From Delftia acidovorans NBRC 14950 (GTDB lineage: Bacteria > Pseudomonadota > Gammaproteobacteria > Burkholderiales > Burkholderiaceae_C): a stretch of DNA of 32,000 nucleotides. Location of the stretch: assembly GCF_001598795.1 (NCBI RefSeq), contig NZ_BCZP01000005.1:210001-242000 (forward strand), given 5' to 3'. The notes under the pieces are model-generated. The model did no database searches. It was not told the origin of the DNA and saw nothing but the letters and a program-made list of their open reading frames with translations. Each line of letters begins with the position of its first letter. Position 1 is the stretch's first letter. Position numbers and translations under genes: made by a program. This document shows positions 10,171 through 17,822 of the stretch, one piece after another.

Positions 10171-11658
10171 TTACTCTTGCCCTTCGGTGAACCAGTGTTC
10201 ACGCGCCTTCATGATCAAAGCCTTCGCTTCTTCCTCGGTCTGCCCGGTCAGCTCGGTCAACTCGTCGATGGCCAGATCGGCCAGATCGTCTCGGGTGTGC
10301 ACATCGGCCTCGGCCAGCTTGTCCACGATCTCCGGAGTCATTCCCTCGAGCGTCAGCAGATCCTGCGACACTTTGCCCACGTTTTCCTCGTGCGCGATTT
10401 CCTGCGTCAGCAGTGCATCTTTCGCCCGGGTGCGCAACTCGTTCACCGTCTCTTCGTCGAACGCCTCGATTTCGAGCATTTCCTGCAGCGGCACATAGGC
10501 CACTTCTTCCAGGGTCTCGAAACCTTCCTCGATGAGGATGTTGGCGATTTCCTCGTCCACATCGAGCTTTTCCATGAACAGCTGGCGCGCAACAGCGGAC
10601 TCGTCCGCCTGCTTTTGCGCAGACTCAGCCGCGTCCATGATGTTGATCTTCCAGCCGGTGAGCTCGGAAGCCAGGCGAACATTCTGACCGCCACGGCCGA
10701 TGGCGATGGCGAGGTTTTCCTCGTCAACCACCACGTCCATGGCATGCTTTTCCTCGTCCACAACGATGGACGACACATTGGCCGGAGCCAGCGCGCCAAT
10801 CACGAACTGTGCAGGGTCTTCGGACCACAGCACGATGTCCACGCGCTCGCCAGCCAGTTCATTGGTGACGGCGTTGACACGGGTGCCTCGCACGCCGACG
10901 CAGGTGCCGATGGGATCGACACGCTTGTCATGGCTGAGCACGGCGATCTTGGCGCGGCTGCCGGAATCGCGAGCGCAGCTCTTGATCTCCAGCAGGCCCT
11001 GCTCGATCTCGGGCACTTCGTTGCGGAACAACTCGACCATGAACTCGGGCGCCGAGCGCGACAGGATGATGGGCGCGCCGCGCAGCGTGGCGTCCACTTC
11101 CATGATCATGGCCCGCACGCGGTCGCCGTTGCGCAGGTTTTCCTTGGGGATCATCTCGTTGCGGCGCAGGCGTCCTTCGACACGGCCGGCCTCGACGATG
11201 ATGTCGCCCTTGTCCATGCGCTTGACGGTGCCCGTGAAGATCCGGTCGCCGCGCGACAGGAACTCGTTGAGCAGCATTTCGCGCTCGGCGTCACGGATCT
11301 TCTGCAGGATGACCTGCTTGGCCGCCATGGCGCCGATGCGGCCGATGGGCACCGACTCGATCTCTTCCTCGATGTACTCGCCTTCGGAGATACCGGGAAC
11401 GCGGTCCTGTGCGTCCATCAGCATTTCTTCGGCATCGGGGTTTTGCAGGCCCGCATCATCGGGCACCACCAGCCAGCGGCGGAAGGTGTCGTAGTTACCG
11501 CTATCGCGATCGATGGCCACGCGGATGTCCACCTCACCTTGGTACAGCTTCTTGGTGGCCTGGGCCAGGGCCGATTCCACTGCACCGAACACCAGATCGC
11601 GCTCCACGTTCTTTTCGCGCGAAATGGCTTCTACCAACATCAACAATTCGCGATTCAT
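10171..11658 (-). CDS. nusA: Transcription termination/antitermination factor NusA
   Basis: 495 aa. N-terminal domain, S1 and two KH regions ([14 protein letters not shown]), plus an acidic C-terminal repeat region. GGAG lies 9 nt upstream of the ATG. Confidence 0.97.
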   Translation of the reverse strand: MNRELLMLVEAISREKNVERDLVFGAVESALAQATKKLYQGEVDIRVAIDRDSGNYDTFRRWLVVPDDAGLQNPDAEEMLMDAQDRVPGISEGEYIEEEIESVPIGRIGAMAAKQVILQKIRDAEREMLLNEFLSRGDRIFTGTVKRMDKGDIIVEAGRVEGRLRRNEMIPKENLRNGDRVRAMIMEVDATLRGAPIILSRSAPEFMVELFRNEVPEIEQGLLEIKSCARDSGSRAKIAVLSHDKRVDPIGTCVGVRGTRVNAVTNELAGERVDIVLWSEDPAQFVIGALAPANVSSIVVDEEKHAMDVVVDEENLAIAIGRGGQNVRLASELTGWKINIMDAAESAQKQADESAVARQLFMEKLDVDEEIANILIEEGFETLEEVAYVPLQEMLEIEAFDEETVNELRTRAKDALLTQEIAHEENVGKVSQDLLTLEGMTPEIVDKLAEADVHTRDDLADLAIDELTELTGQTEEEAKALIMKAREHWFTEGQE

Positions 11659-11684
11659 GCGACGACTCTCCTATTTCAATCACA

Positions 11685-11712
11685 CAGGAAGGGGATGGCA
11701 GTGCCCTTCCTG
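11685..11712 (-). promoter_or_regulatory. Stem-loop in the 87-nt rimP-nusA spacer
   Basis: caggaaggg (11685-11693) pairs with cccttcctg (11704-11712): 9-bp stem, 10-nt loop. On the minus strand it is followed by ugugugauug and then the nusA RBS. Confidence 0.4.
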
Positions 11713-11745
11713 CCCCAATGATTCGACGTACCCTGCCTGCTCCGA

Positions 11746-12324
11746 TCAGACCGGCTTGGCAGAACGCCCCTTGAAATCCACGATGGGAGCCAGACGCGCC
11801 TCGCGCAGCTCCTCCAGAGTGAAGCCCAGCGCCTGCAGGGGCGCGGGAACACGCTTTTTGCTGACCTTCTGGCCAGGCTTGACGGGTGGCTCGTCGCTCC
11901 AGACGATCTGCCAGCCACCATCTTCGGCACGCTCCAGCGTGCCGCGGAATTTCTTGCGATTGGCGCTGACCTGCCCTTCAGCGGCGGCGCCGATGGGCTC
12001 CTTGAGGGTCAGGTCGATGACTTCACCGACAAAGCGGGTGAAGTCCTGCTCGTGCCGCAGGGGGCGGTCGATACCAGGGGAGGAGACCTCAAGGCGCGTG
12101 TAATCTGCGCCATCAACCTCAAGCGCGAACTGCAGCTGGCGCGTGATCTTCTCGCAGTCCTCGACTGTCACGAACTGCTCCGGCACCACCGGCTCACCCT
12201 CCACCGGGGGCTGCCAAGGCAAATCAATTGTGACGCGCAACAGCCCGCCCGCCGAGCGTTCTATTTCCACCAGGTCATAGCCCAGACCTGTCACGGTTTG
12301 TTCAACGATTTGCTGTAGTGCCAC
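11746..12324 (-). CDS. rimP: Ribosome maturation factor RimP
   Basis: 192 aa. MALQQIVEQTVTGLGYDLVEIE... aligns with the RimP N-terminus and the gene is directly upstream of nusA. The start is GTG (12322-12324) with no convincing SD, so the start is uncertain. Confidence 0.85.
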   Translation of the reverse strand: MALQQIVEQTVTGLGYDLVEIERSAGGLLRVTIDLPWQPPVEGEPVVPEQFVTVEDCEKITRQLQFALEVDGADYTRLEVSSPGIDRPLRHEQDFTRFVGEVIDLTLKEPIGAAAEGQVSANRKKFRGTLERAEDGGWQIVWSDEPPVKPGQKVSKKRVPAPLQALGFTLEELREARLAPIVDFKGRSAKPV

Positions 12325-12446
12325 GTGTATTTAAATTCAGTCCTGCAAACACAAAAGACCCGGAACGCCCCTGAAACATTGGCAGCAGCCATGTCCCAAC
12401 AGCGCCGAGCCCCATGGCAATCCCGAAGGTCGCCCGAAGATCGCCC

Positions 12447-12473
12447 AAAAAAAAGGGCGGTTGGTACCCGCCC
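12447..12473 (-). terminator. Rho-independent terminator (minus strand)
   Basis: Minus strand reads GGGCGG-gtaccaa-CCGCCC followed by eight T (plus-strand A-run 12447-12454). It lies between the Trx-like gene and rimP. Confidence 0.6.
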
Positions 12474-12492
12474 GTTTGGTCGTGAATATGCC

Positions 12493-12521
12493 ATTGTATC
12501 CGCAAACGACCTTCAGGCCAA
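12493..12521 (-). promoter_or_regulatory. Candidate sigma70 promoter TTGGCC-N17-TACAAT (minus strand)
   Basis: Read on the minus strand: -35 TTGGCC (12521-12516), exactly 17-nt spacer, -10 TACAAT (12498-12493). It points toward the terminator at 12473-12447 and then rimP. Confidence 0.35.
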
Positions 12522-12590
12522 GCCTGCCCCGCACAAAAGCGGGGACAGGGCGAGGGACCTCAGGCCCGCCCACCCGCCCTTGCCCGAAGC

Positions 12591-12992
12591 TCAGACGCCA
12601 ACGCGCTCCAGCGCCTGCGCCGACTGGAGCCGCCGCAAGAGGGCCTGCGCCTCGGCGGGATCGGCAGGGGCCGCGCCCGGGTCCTGGGCCAGTGACTGCA
12701 GCATGCGCGCCACAACCCCCGCCTGGGGCAGCACCGGACCCAGAAAACGTGCACGCTCGCCATCGGCCACCAGCAGCGAGGGGAAGGTTTCGATGTCCAG
12801 ATCTCCGGCCACGTCCTCGCGGTCCTCGACATCAAGCCAGACAAAGCGCATCTGCGGGAATTGGCTTGCCAGTTCCGAAAACGTGCTTCGGTATTGGTTG
12901 CAAACGCCACACCATTGCGCGCACAGGCAAACCACCCACCAGGGGCGGGTGGCGTCGCTGTCGTCCGGCAGCTTGCCGACCATTGAATCCAT
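12591..12992 (-). CDS. Thioredoxin-fold protein (WCGVC active site), no signal peptide
   Basis: 133 aa. WWVVCLCAQWCGVCNQY contains a CxxC thioredoxin-like motif. It begins 9 nt after the triheme cytochrome stop, with a GAGAGG-like SD. Confidence 0.75.
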   Translation of the reverse strand: MDSMVGKLPDDSDATRPWWVVCLCAQWCGVCNQYRSTFSELASQFPQMRFVWLDVEDREDVAGDLDIETFPSLLVADGERARFLGPVLPQAGVVARMLQSLAQDPGAAPADPAEAQALLRRLQSAQALERVGV

Positions 12993-13001
12993 GAAAGCCT
13001 C

Positions 13002-14345
13002 TCAGAAACCACGCCCTTCCCGGGCGCGATAAACCTCCATGTTACCGATTTCCGCCGCCTTGTTGCCCCAGGCGTTGCGCACATAGCTGGCCACGGCGGC
13101 CACCTGTGCATCGGACAGCACATGACCGAAAGGCGGCATGCCGTGCGGCTGCGGCTGCTGCCGGGTGGAGGGTGGGTAGCCCCCCTCCAGCAACACCAGC
13201 AACAGGTTGCGCGGCTCGGCCAGGGTCACGGAGGCATTGCCAGCAAGCGCGGGAAACGCGCCCGGCGTTCCCTGGCCCTCGGCACCGTGGCATACCGCGC
13301 ATTGCCGCTCGTAGATGGCCCGCCCCAGGGCCATTTGCCCGGATGGCACGGGCGCGGCAGCAGGCCTGCTCCTGGGCGGGCCTGCTGCCGCGCCCTGCTC
13401 CTGCAGGTAGGAAGCGAGGGCCTGCAGATCCTGCGGCTGCCAGTGCTGGGTGCTGCGCGCCACGACTTCGGCCATGGGGCCCAGCGCCGATCCCGAAGGA
13501 CCCGAACCCGTCTGCAGCAACTGCACCCAGGCGGACTCCTGGCCCGCGCGCACGCCGGCTTCGCCCGGATCAAGCAGCGACGGCGCATACCAGGCCTGCC
13601 CTGCCACAAAGCCACCGGACATGGCCTGGGACGAGGCACCCATGCCGTTGCGCGGTGCATGGCACGCCGCGCAGTGCCCCAGGCCCTGGGCAAGATATGC
13701 ACCGCGATTCCAGGCAGCCGCCTTCTGCGGCCGGTCCTGCCACTCCTGCGGGGTGAAGAACAGCGCGCGCCAGACAGCCAGCGAGCCCTGCCAGCCATAG
13801 GGAAAGTCCAGCGCATGCCGGGGCACCTGCGCGCGCACGGCGGGCAGGCTTTGCAGATAGGCAAACAATGCGTCCGAGTCGGCGCGCGTCACATGGGTGT
13901 AGCTGTCATATGGAAAGGCCGGATACAGCAGGCGCCCTTCCCGTGACCGCCCGTTATGCATTGCACGCCAGAAGTCCTGGGCCGTCCACAGCCCCAGGCC
14001 ACTTTCCTTGTCAGGCGTGAGATTGCTGGTGTACAGCGTGCCGAACGAGGTGGGCAGGCCCCGCCCGCCCGCATACTCGGCGCCGCCAGCCGCCGTATGG
14101 CAGCCTGCGCAGTCGCCCACGCGGGCCAGGTAGGCACCGCGCTCTATCAAGGCGGCCGGCGTTTCGCGCGCGCCTGACCAGCCGCCGTGGTCATAGGCGT
14201 GCACGCCCTGCTCGCCCCGCAGGTTGAGCCAGACCAGGAGCGCGCCCAGCAGGGCGATGATCAGCGACGCCAGCCCTGCCACCCTGGCCAGCCGCCGTCG
14301 CCCGCGCGTGTTCCCGCTTGCCGCGTTTTCTGCCAGGGTATTCAT
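13002..14345 (-). CDS. Membrane-anchored triheme c-type cytochrome (dehydrogenase cytochrome c subunit-like)
   Basis: 447 aa. N-terminal TM segment (LASLIIALLGALLVWLNL) and three CxxCH motifs (CAGCH, CAACH, CAVCH). ATGA start/stop overlap with the upstream gene at 14342-14345. Confidence 0.85.
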   Translation of the reverse strand: MNTLAENAASGNTRGRRRLARVAGLASLIIALLGALLVWLNLRGEQGVHAYDHGGWSGARETPAALIERGAYLARVGDCAGCHTAAGGAEYAGGRGLPTSFGTLYTSNLTPDKESGLGLWTAQDFWRAMHNGRSREGRLLYPAFPYDSYTHVTRADSDALFAYLQSLPAVRAQVPRHALDFPYGWQGSLAVWRALFFTPQEWQDRPQKAAAWNRGAYLAQGLGHCAACHAPRNGMGASSQAMSGGFVAGQAWYAPSLLDPGEAGVRAGQESAWVQLLQTGSGPSGSALGPMAEVVARSTQHWQPQDLQALASYLQEQGAAAGPPRSRPAAAPVPSGQMALGRAIYERQCAVCHGAEGQGTPGAFPALAGNASVTLAEPRNLLLVLLEGGYPPSTRQQPQPHGMPPFGHVLSDAQVAAVASYVRNAWGNKAAEIGNMEVYRAREGRGF

Positions 14346-15187
14346 GGCTTGCCCTCCTGGCCAGCAATGGCGGCTACAGCGCCGCAGCGCAGCGGCATGG
14401 GCAGGGCCAGGGCTTCATGTCCCCCCGGCGCCGCCAGTGCGGGGCGCGATGACAGCCAGGCCGTGACGGCTACGACCTCCTGCGCCGTCAGCGCCTTGGC
14501 CACCTGGTCCATGCAGTCGGGCGCTGCCGCCTTGCGCTGGCCGGAGCGCCAGGCACCAATCTGGCTGTTCAGATAGTCGCGCGACAGGCCCAGCAGGCCC
14601 GGAATATCGTCACCCGCACCCATAAGCCGCTCACCATGGCATGCAGCGCAGGCGGGCAGGCCGCGCTGCGCGTCGCCCCGCAAGACCAGTTGCTCGCCAC
14701 GGGCGAGTTCAGAGGGCGGCAGTTGCGCCGGCACGGGCGGGGCATAGGGGAGCTCCAGGCCTGCGAAGTGCGTGGCGATCTGGCGCAGATAGTCGTCCGA
14801 CATGAATTCGATCAGCCGGTTCATGGCGGGATAGCTACGGCGCCCTTGCTGGAAGTTCTTGAGCTGGCGGTACAGATAGCCCGCGGGCTTGCCCGCAATG
14901 CGCGGAAAGTAGCCGCTGGGGGTGGCCCGGCCCTCGGGTCCATGGCAGGCCGTGCAGGCCAGCACCCTGGAGGCCATGGAGCCCACATCGGGCAGCGGGG
15001 CGCTGACCACGGCCGGCGGCAGGTCTGCCATGGGCACGCCCGGTGCTGGCTGCATGGTCTGCGCGGTCTGCGCCATCACCCCGCAGGTTCCACACGCGCC
15101 GGCCACCAGCCATGCGCCCAGCAGGGCCCTCCATCCCCTGGAGCCTGTGCGCCCCCGCCCAGCCCGCCACCGTCTGCCATGTGCCAT
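14342..15187 (-). CDS. Diheme cytochrome c (c4/c553-like)
   Basis: 281 aa from MAHGRRWRAGRGR... (ATG at 15185-15187). Signal-like N-terminus and two CxxCH motifs (CTACH, CAACH). The 150-codon 5' extension of the track ORF has no protein-like character. Confidence 0.8.
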   Translation of the reverse strand: MAHGRRWRAGRGRTGSRGWRALLGAWLVAGACGTCGVMAQTAQTMQPAPGVPMADLPPAVVSAPLPDVGSMASRVLACTACHGPEGRATPSGYFPRIAGKPAGYLYRQLKNFQQGRRSYPAMNRLIEFMSDDYLRQIATHFAGLELPYAPPVPAQLPPSELARGEQLVLRGDAQRGLPACAACHGERLMGAGDDIPGLLGLSRDYLNSQIGAWRSGQRKAAAPDCMDQVAKALTAQEVVAVTAWLSSRPALAAPGGHEALALPMPLRCGAVAAIAGQEGKP

Positions 15188-15274
15188 GTCCGACGCCTCC
15201 TGTTCCGTCCTGCCGACGCGCGAATGTAATGAACCCGTCACAAGATGCCAGTCAAGCAGGAAAAGGCCCATCGG

Positions 15275-15303
15275 TTGAGACCCTGCCATGACCGGGCTAT
15301 GCT
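15275..15303 (+). promoter_or_regulatory. Candidate sigma70 promoter TTGAGA-N17-TATGCT for cbpA-cbpM
   Basis: -35 at 15275-15280, 17-nt spacer, -10 at 15298-15303, about 50 nt upstream of the cbpA ATG. Confidence 0.35.
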
Positions 15304-15355
15304 GCCTTCGGGTTTGTCCAGAACATCGCCCGCAAGGGCCGGAGGACGGAAATTC

Positions 15356-16351
15356 ATGGATTACAAGGACTACTACCGCATCCTGGCCGTGGACAGGCAG
15401 GCCAGTGCCGATGACATCAAGAAGGCCTACCGCAAGCTGGCGCGCAAGTACCACCCCGATGTCAGCAAGGAGGCGGACGCCTCCGAGCGCATGGCCGAAG
15501 TCAACGAAGCCAATGCCGTGCTGTCGGACCCCGAAAAGCGCGCAGCCTATGACGCCCTGGCCGATGCGCCGCGCCGCAGCGGGCCCGGCGCCGGCGGCTT
15601 CCAGCCACCGCCCGGCTGGGAAGGGCAGGACTTTCACTTTCGCAGCAGCGACGGCGCCATGCCGGAGGGCGACGCGGACTTCAGCGAGTTCTTCTCACAG
15701 ATGTTCGGCCAGGGCGCGCGTGCCCGACATGCGGGCGGAGGCGGCCAGCATCGCTCCCCGCCTGACCTGCGCGGGCAGGACCAGCACGCCAGCATCGAGC
15801 TGGACCTGCTGGACAGCTACCAGGGCGCGCAGCGCAGCCTGCACCTGCGCACCACGGCGCTGGATGAGGACGGACACCCCGTGGCGCGCGACAAGGAATT
15901 GCAGGTCAGCATTCCCAAGGGCGTGCGCGAAGGCCAGATGATCCGCCTGGCCGGACAGGGCGGCCCGGGCCTGGGCAACGGCCCGGCAGGCGATCTGCTG
16001 CTGGAAGTGCACCTGCGCCATGACCCGCGCTGGTGGGCCGAAGGCAAGGATGTCTACCAGCCCGTGTCCCTGGCCCCGTGGGAAGCCGCACTGGGCGGCC
16101 CGGTCCGCGTGGCCACCATTGCCGGTGAATTCGAGGTCAGCGTGCCCGCAGGCAGCCGCGCTGGCCGCAAGCTGCGCATCAAGGGCAAGGGCTTGCCCGC
16201 CGCCACGCCGGGCGACCTGTACCTGGTGCTGGGCATCGCCCTGCCCGAACCCAAGACCGACGCCCAGCGCCAGGCCTATGCGGCACTGGCCCAGGCCTTT
16301 CCCTCGTTCGATGCCCGCCAGCACGCAGCGGGCCAAGGAGCCACGCGATGA
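15356..16351 (+). CDS. cbpA: Curved-DNA-binding protein CbpA (DnaJ-class co-chaperone)
   Basis: 331 aa from MDYKDYYRILAVDRQASADDIKKAYRKLARKYHPDVSK (J domain with HPD). It lacks the Zn-finger Cys repeats of DnaJ. GGAGGA lies 9 nt upstream of the ATG at 15356. Confidence 0.9.
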   Translation: MDYKDYYRILAVDRQASADDIKKAYRKLARKYHPDVSKEADASERMAEVNEANAVLSDPEKRAAYDALADAPRRSGPGAGGFQPPPGWEGQDFHFRSSDGAMPEGDADFSEFFSQMFGQGARARHAGGGGQHRSPPDLRGQDQHASIELDLLDSYQGAQRSLHLRTTALDEDGHPVARDKELQVSIPKGVREGQMIRLAGQGGPGLGNGPAGDLLLEVHLRHDPRWWAEGKDVYQPVSLAPWEAALGGPVRVATIAGEFEVSVPAGSRAGRKLRIKGKGLPAATPGDLYLVLGIALPEPKTDAQRQAYAALAQAFPSFDARQHAAGQGATR

Positions 16352-16683
16352 GCACGCCGCTGTACCCCTTCTACGAGCCCGCAGAACTGCTGGACGAAGG
16401 CGCTCTGGACCTGCAGGATCTGGCCCGCCACTGCCAGCGCAACACCGCCTGGGTGGTGGAGCGTGTGCAGACCGGCGTGCTGTACTGCGAAAACGAGCCA
16501 TCCGGCGAAGCGGCCGCGCCACAGGCGCAGTGGCGCTTCAGCAGCCAGACCCTGGTGCGCGCGCGCCGCATAGCCCATCTGGAGCACAGCTTCGATGCCG
16601 ACCCTCAGCTGGCCGCGCTGACGGCGGACCTGATCGAGGAAGTGCAGATGCTGCGCCGCAAGCTCCAGGCACTGCAGCATTGA
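16348..16683 (+). CDS. cbpM: CbpM-like chaperone modulator (MerR-like small protein)
   Basis: 111 aa. ATGA overlap with the cbpA stop. Position and size match cbpM, and it has a C-terminal leucine-rich helix (EEVQMLRRKLQALQH). Confidence 0.7.
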   Translation: MSTPLYPFYEPAELLDEGALDLQDLARHCQRNTAWVVERVQTGVLYCENEPSGEAAAPQAQWRFSSQTLVRARRIAHLEHSFDADPQLAALTADLIEEVQMLRRKLQALQH

Positions 16684-16696
16684 GAGCGCCGCCTCA

Positions 16697-16730
16697 AAAG
16701 CAAAAGCCCTCGAAAGAGGGCTTTTGCTTT
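16697..16730. terminator. Bidirectional intrinsic terminator
   Basis: Perfect 15-bp stem aaagcaaaagccctc / gagggcttttgcttt with a GAAA loop. A/T runs inside the arms give U-tracts in both orientations. It lies between convergent cbpM and the small ORF. Confidence 0.8.
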
Positions 16731-16771
16731 CAGAACGTGGCCGCAGCAGGCATGCATGCGGCCCGCCGTGC

Positions 16772-16933
16772 TCAGCGGTGACGCTTGCCGGGGTTCTTCT
16801 TGGTATGGGTGTGGGCACCACGGGCGCGGCTCACGCGCTGGCCACGGCCGGGCGTCGGCAGGGTGACGCCGTTGGGCAGGGGAGGCTGGGGAGTGAACTT
16901 GCGGTCGGCTTCGGTAACGATCTTGTTGCCCAT
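16772..16933 (-). CDS. Small basic hypothetical protein (53 aa)
   Basis: MGNKIVTEADRKFTPQPPLPNGVTLPTPGRGQRVSRARGAHTHTKKNPGKRHR. AAGGAAA lies 4-5 nt upstream of the ATG at 16931-16933 and the terminator at 16697-16730 is downstream. The earlier ATG of the track ORF lacks an RBS. Confidence 0.5.
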   Translation of the reverse strand: MGNKIVTEADRKFTPQPPLPNGVTLPTPGRGQRVSRARGAHTHTKKNPGKRHR

Positions 16934-17177
16934 GGCATTTCCTTCTTCAAAAAAATGAGAACGCGCAATTAGGCCATAGACCTGCATGACCGCGCACAAA
17001 AAAACACATGGCCTGCTCTGGCATAGGGAAAGTTCCAGCGTTGCGCGGCCCGCACAGCACCGGCGCAGGCAGCGCCGGCCTACACTGCGGCCCGGTTTTC
17101 TGTCCTAAAGTAGGAGCACGCTGCCAAGCGCGCAAGACCCTGGCATGCACGTCTGCCTGAACACGGAGTTCCGCACC

Positions 17178-17804
17178 ATGTCACCCCGCCACCCCAATAC
17201 AGAGTCAACCACCCCATCCACTTCCCGCCCCGCCTGGGTTCTGCCCACGGCCGGCCTGGCAGGGCTTGCCGTAGGCGCCGCCGCAGCAGCGTTGCTGTGG
17301 AAGGGCCTGCGCAACCCACCCATCCCCCCTACCGTGGAGCCGGTGCGCGGCTGGGACATCCAGCGCTACATGGGCCGCTGGTATGAAGTGGCCCGCATCG
17401 ACCACAGTTTCGAAAAAGGCCTGGAGCGCACCCAGGCCGAGTACACACAGCTTCCCGACGGCACGGTGCATGTGCTGAACCGGGGCTACGACGCCCGCCA
17501 CCGGCGCTGGAAATCCTCCGAGGGCAAGGCCCGCACGGTGCACGGCCCGGACGTTGCGGCGCTCAAGGTCTCTTTCTTCGGCCCGTTCTACGGCGGCTAC
17601 AACGTGGTGGCTCTTGATGCCGAGTACCGCTGGGCCATGGTGGTGGGATCGGACCTGCGCTATTTCTGGATTCTTTCGCGCACGCCCGAACTGGCCGACG
17701 GCGTGGCGGCACGCCTGCTGGCACAGGCCCGGCTGCTGGGCGTGCCCGTGGACAAGGTCCAGTGGATCCTGCAGGACGGGGTCAATCCCACGGGCAGCTG
17801 GTAG
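17178..17804 (+). CDS. blc: Bacterial lipocalin Blc
   Basis: The segment from YMGRWYEVARIDHSFEKGLERTQAEY through ALKVSFFGPFYGGYNVVALDAEYRWAMVVG to YFWILSRTP matches E. coli Blc closely (from memory). Start taken at ATG 17178 (GGAG 9 nt upstream). ATG 17145 is the alternative. Confidence 0.88.
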   Translation: MSPRHPNTESTTPSTSRPAWVLPTAGLAGLAVGAAAAALLWKGLRNPPIPPTVEPVRGWDIQRYMGRWYEVARIDHSFEKGLERTQAEYTQLPDGTVHVLNRGYDARHRRWKSSEGKARTVHGPDVAALKVSFFGPFYGGYNVVALDAEYRWAMVVGSDLRYFWILSRTPELADGVAARLLAQARLLGVPVDKVQWILQDGVNPTGSW

Positions 17805-17822
17805 CGCGGACCGGCAACTGCC

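Noticed and set aside
12422-12446. Short direct repeat cccgaagGtcgccc / cccgaagAtcgccc in the rimP leader.
   Set aside because: There are only two copies of about 11-12 nt in GC-rich DNA. I cannot distinguish this from chance without comparative data.
12325-13032. 235-aa plus-strand ORF spanning the rimP upstream region and the Trx-like gene.
   Set aside because: It is antisense to a motif-bearing gene, crosses a terminator and gives a Pro/Arg/Ser-rich translation. It is a shadow ORF.
16276-16821. 181-aa minus-strand ORF overlapping cbpM and the small basic gene region.
   Set aside because: It runs through the perfect bidirectional terminator at 16697-16730 and is antisense to cbpM, so it is not credible as a gene.
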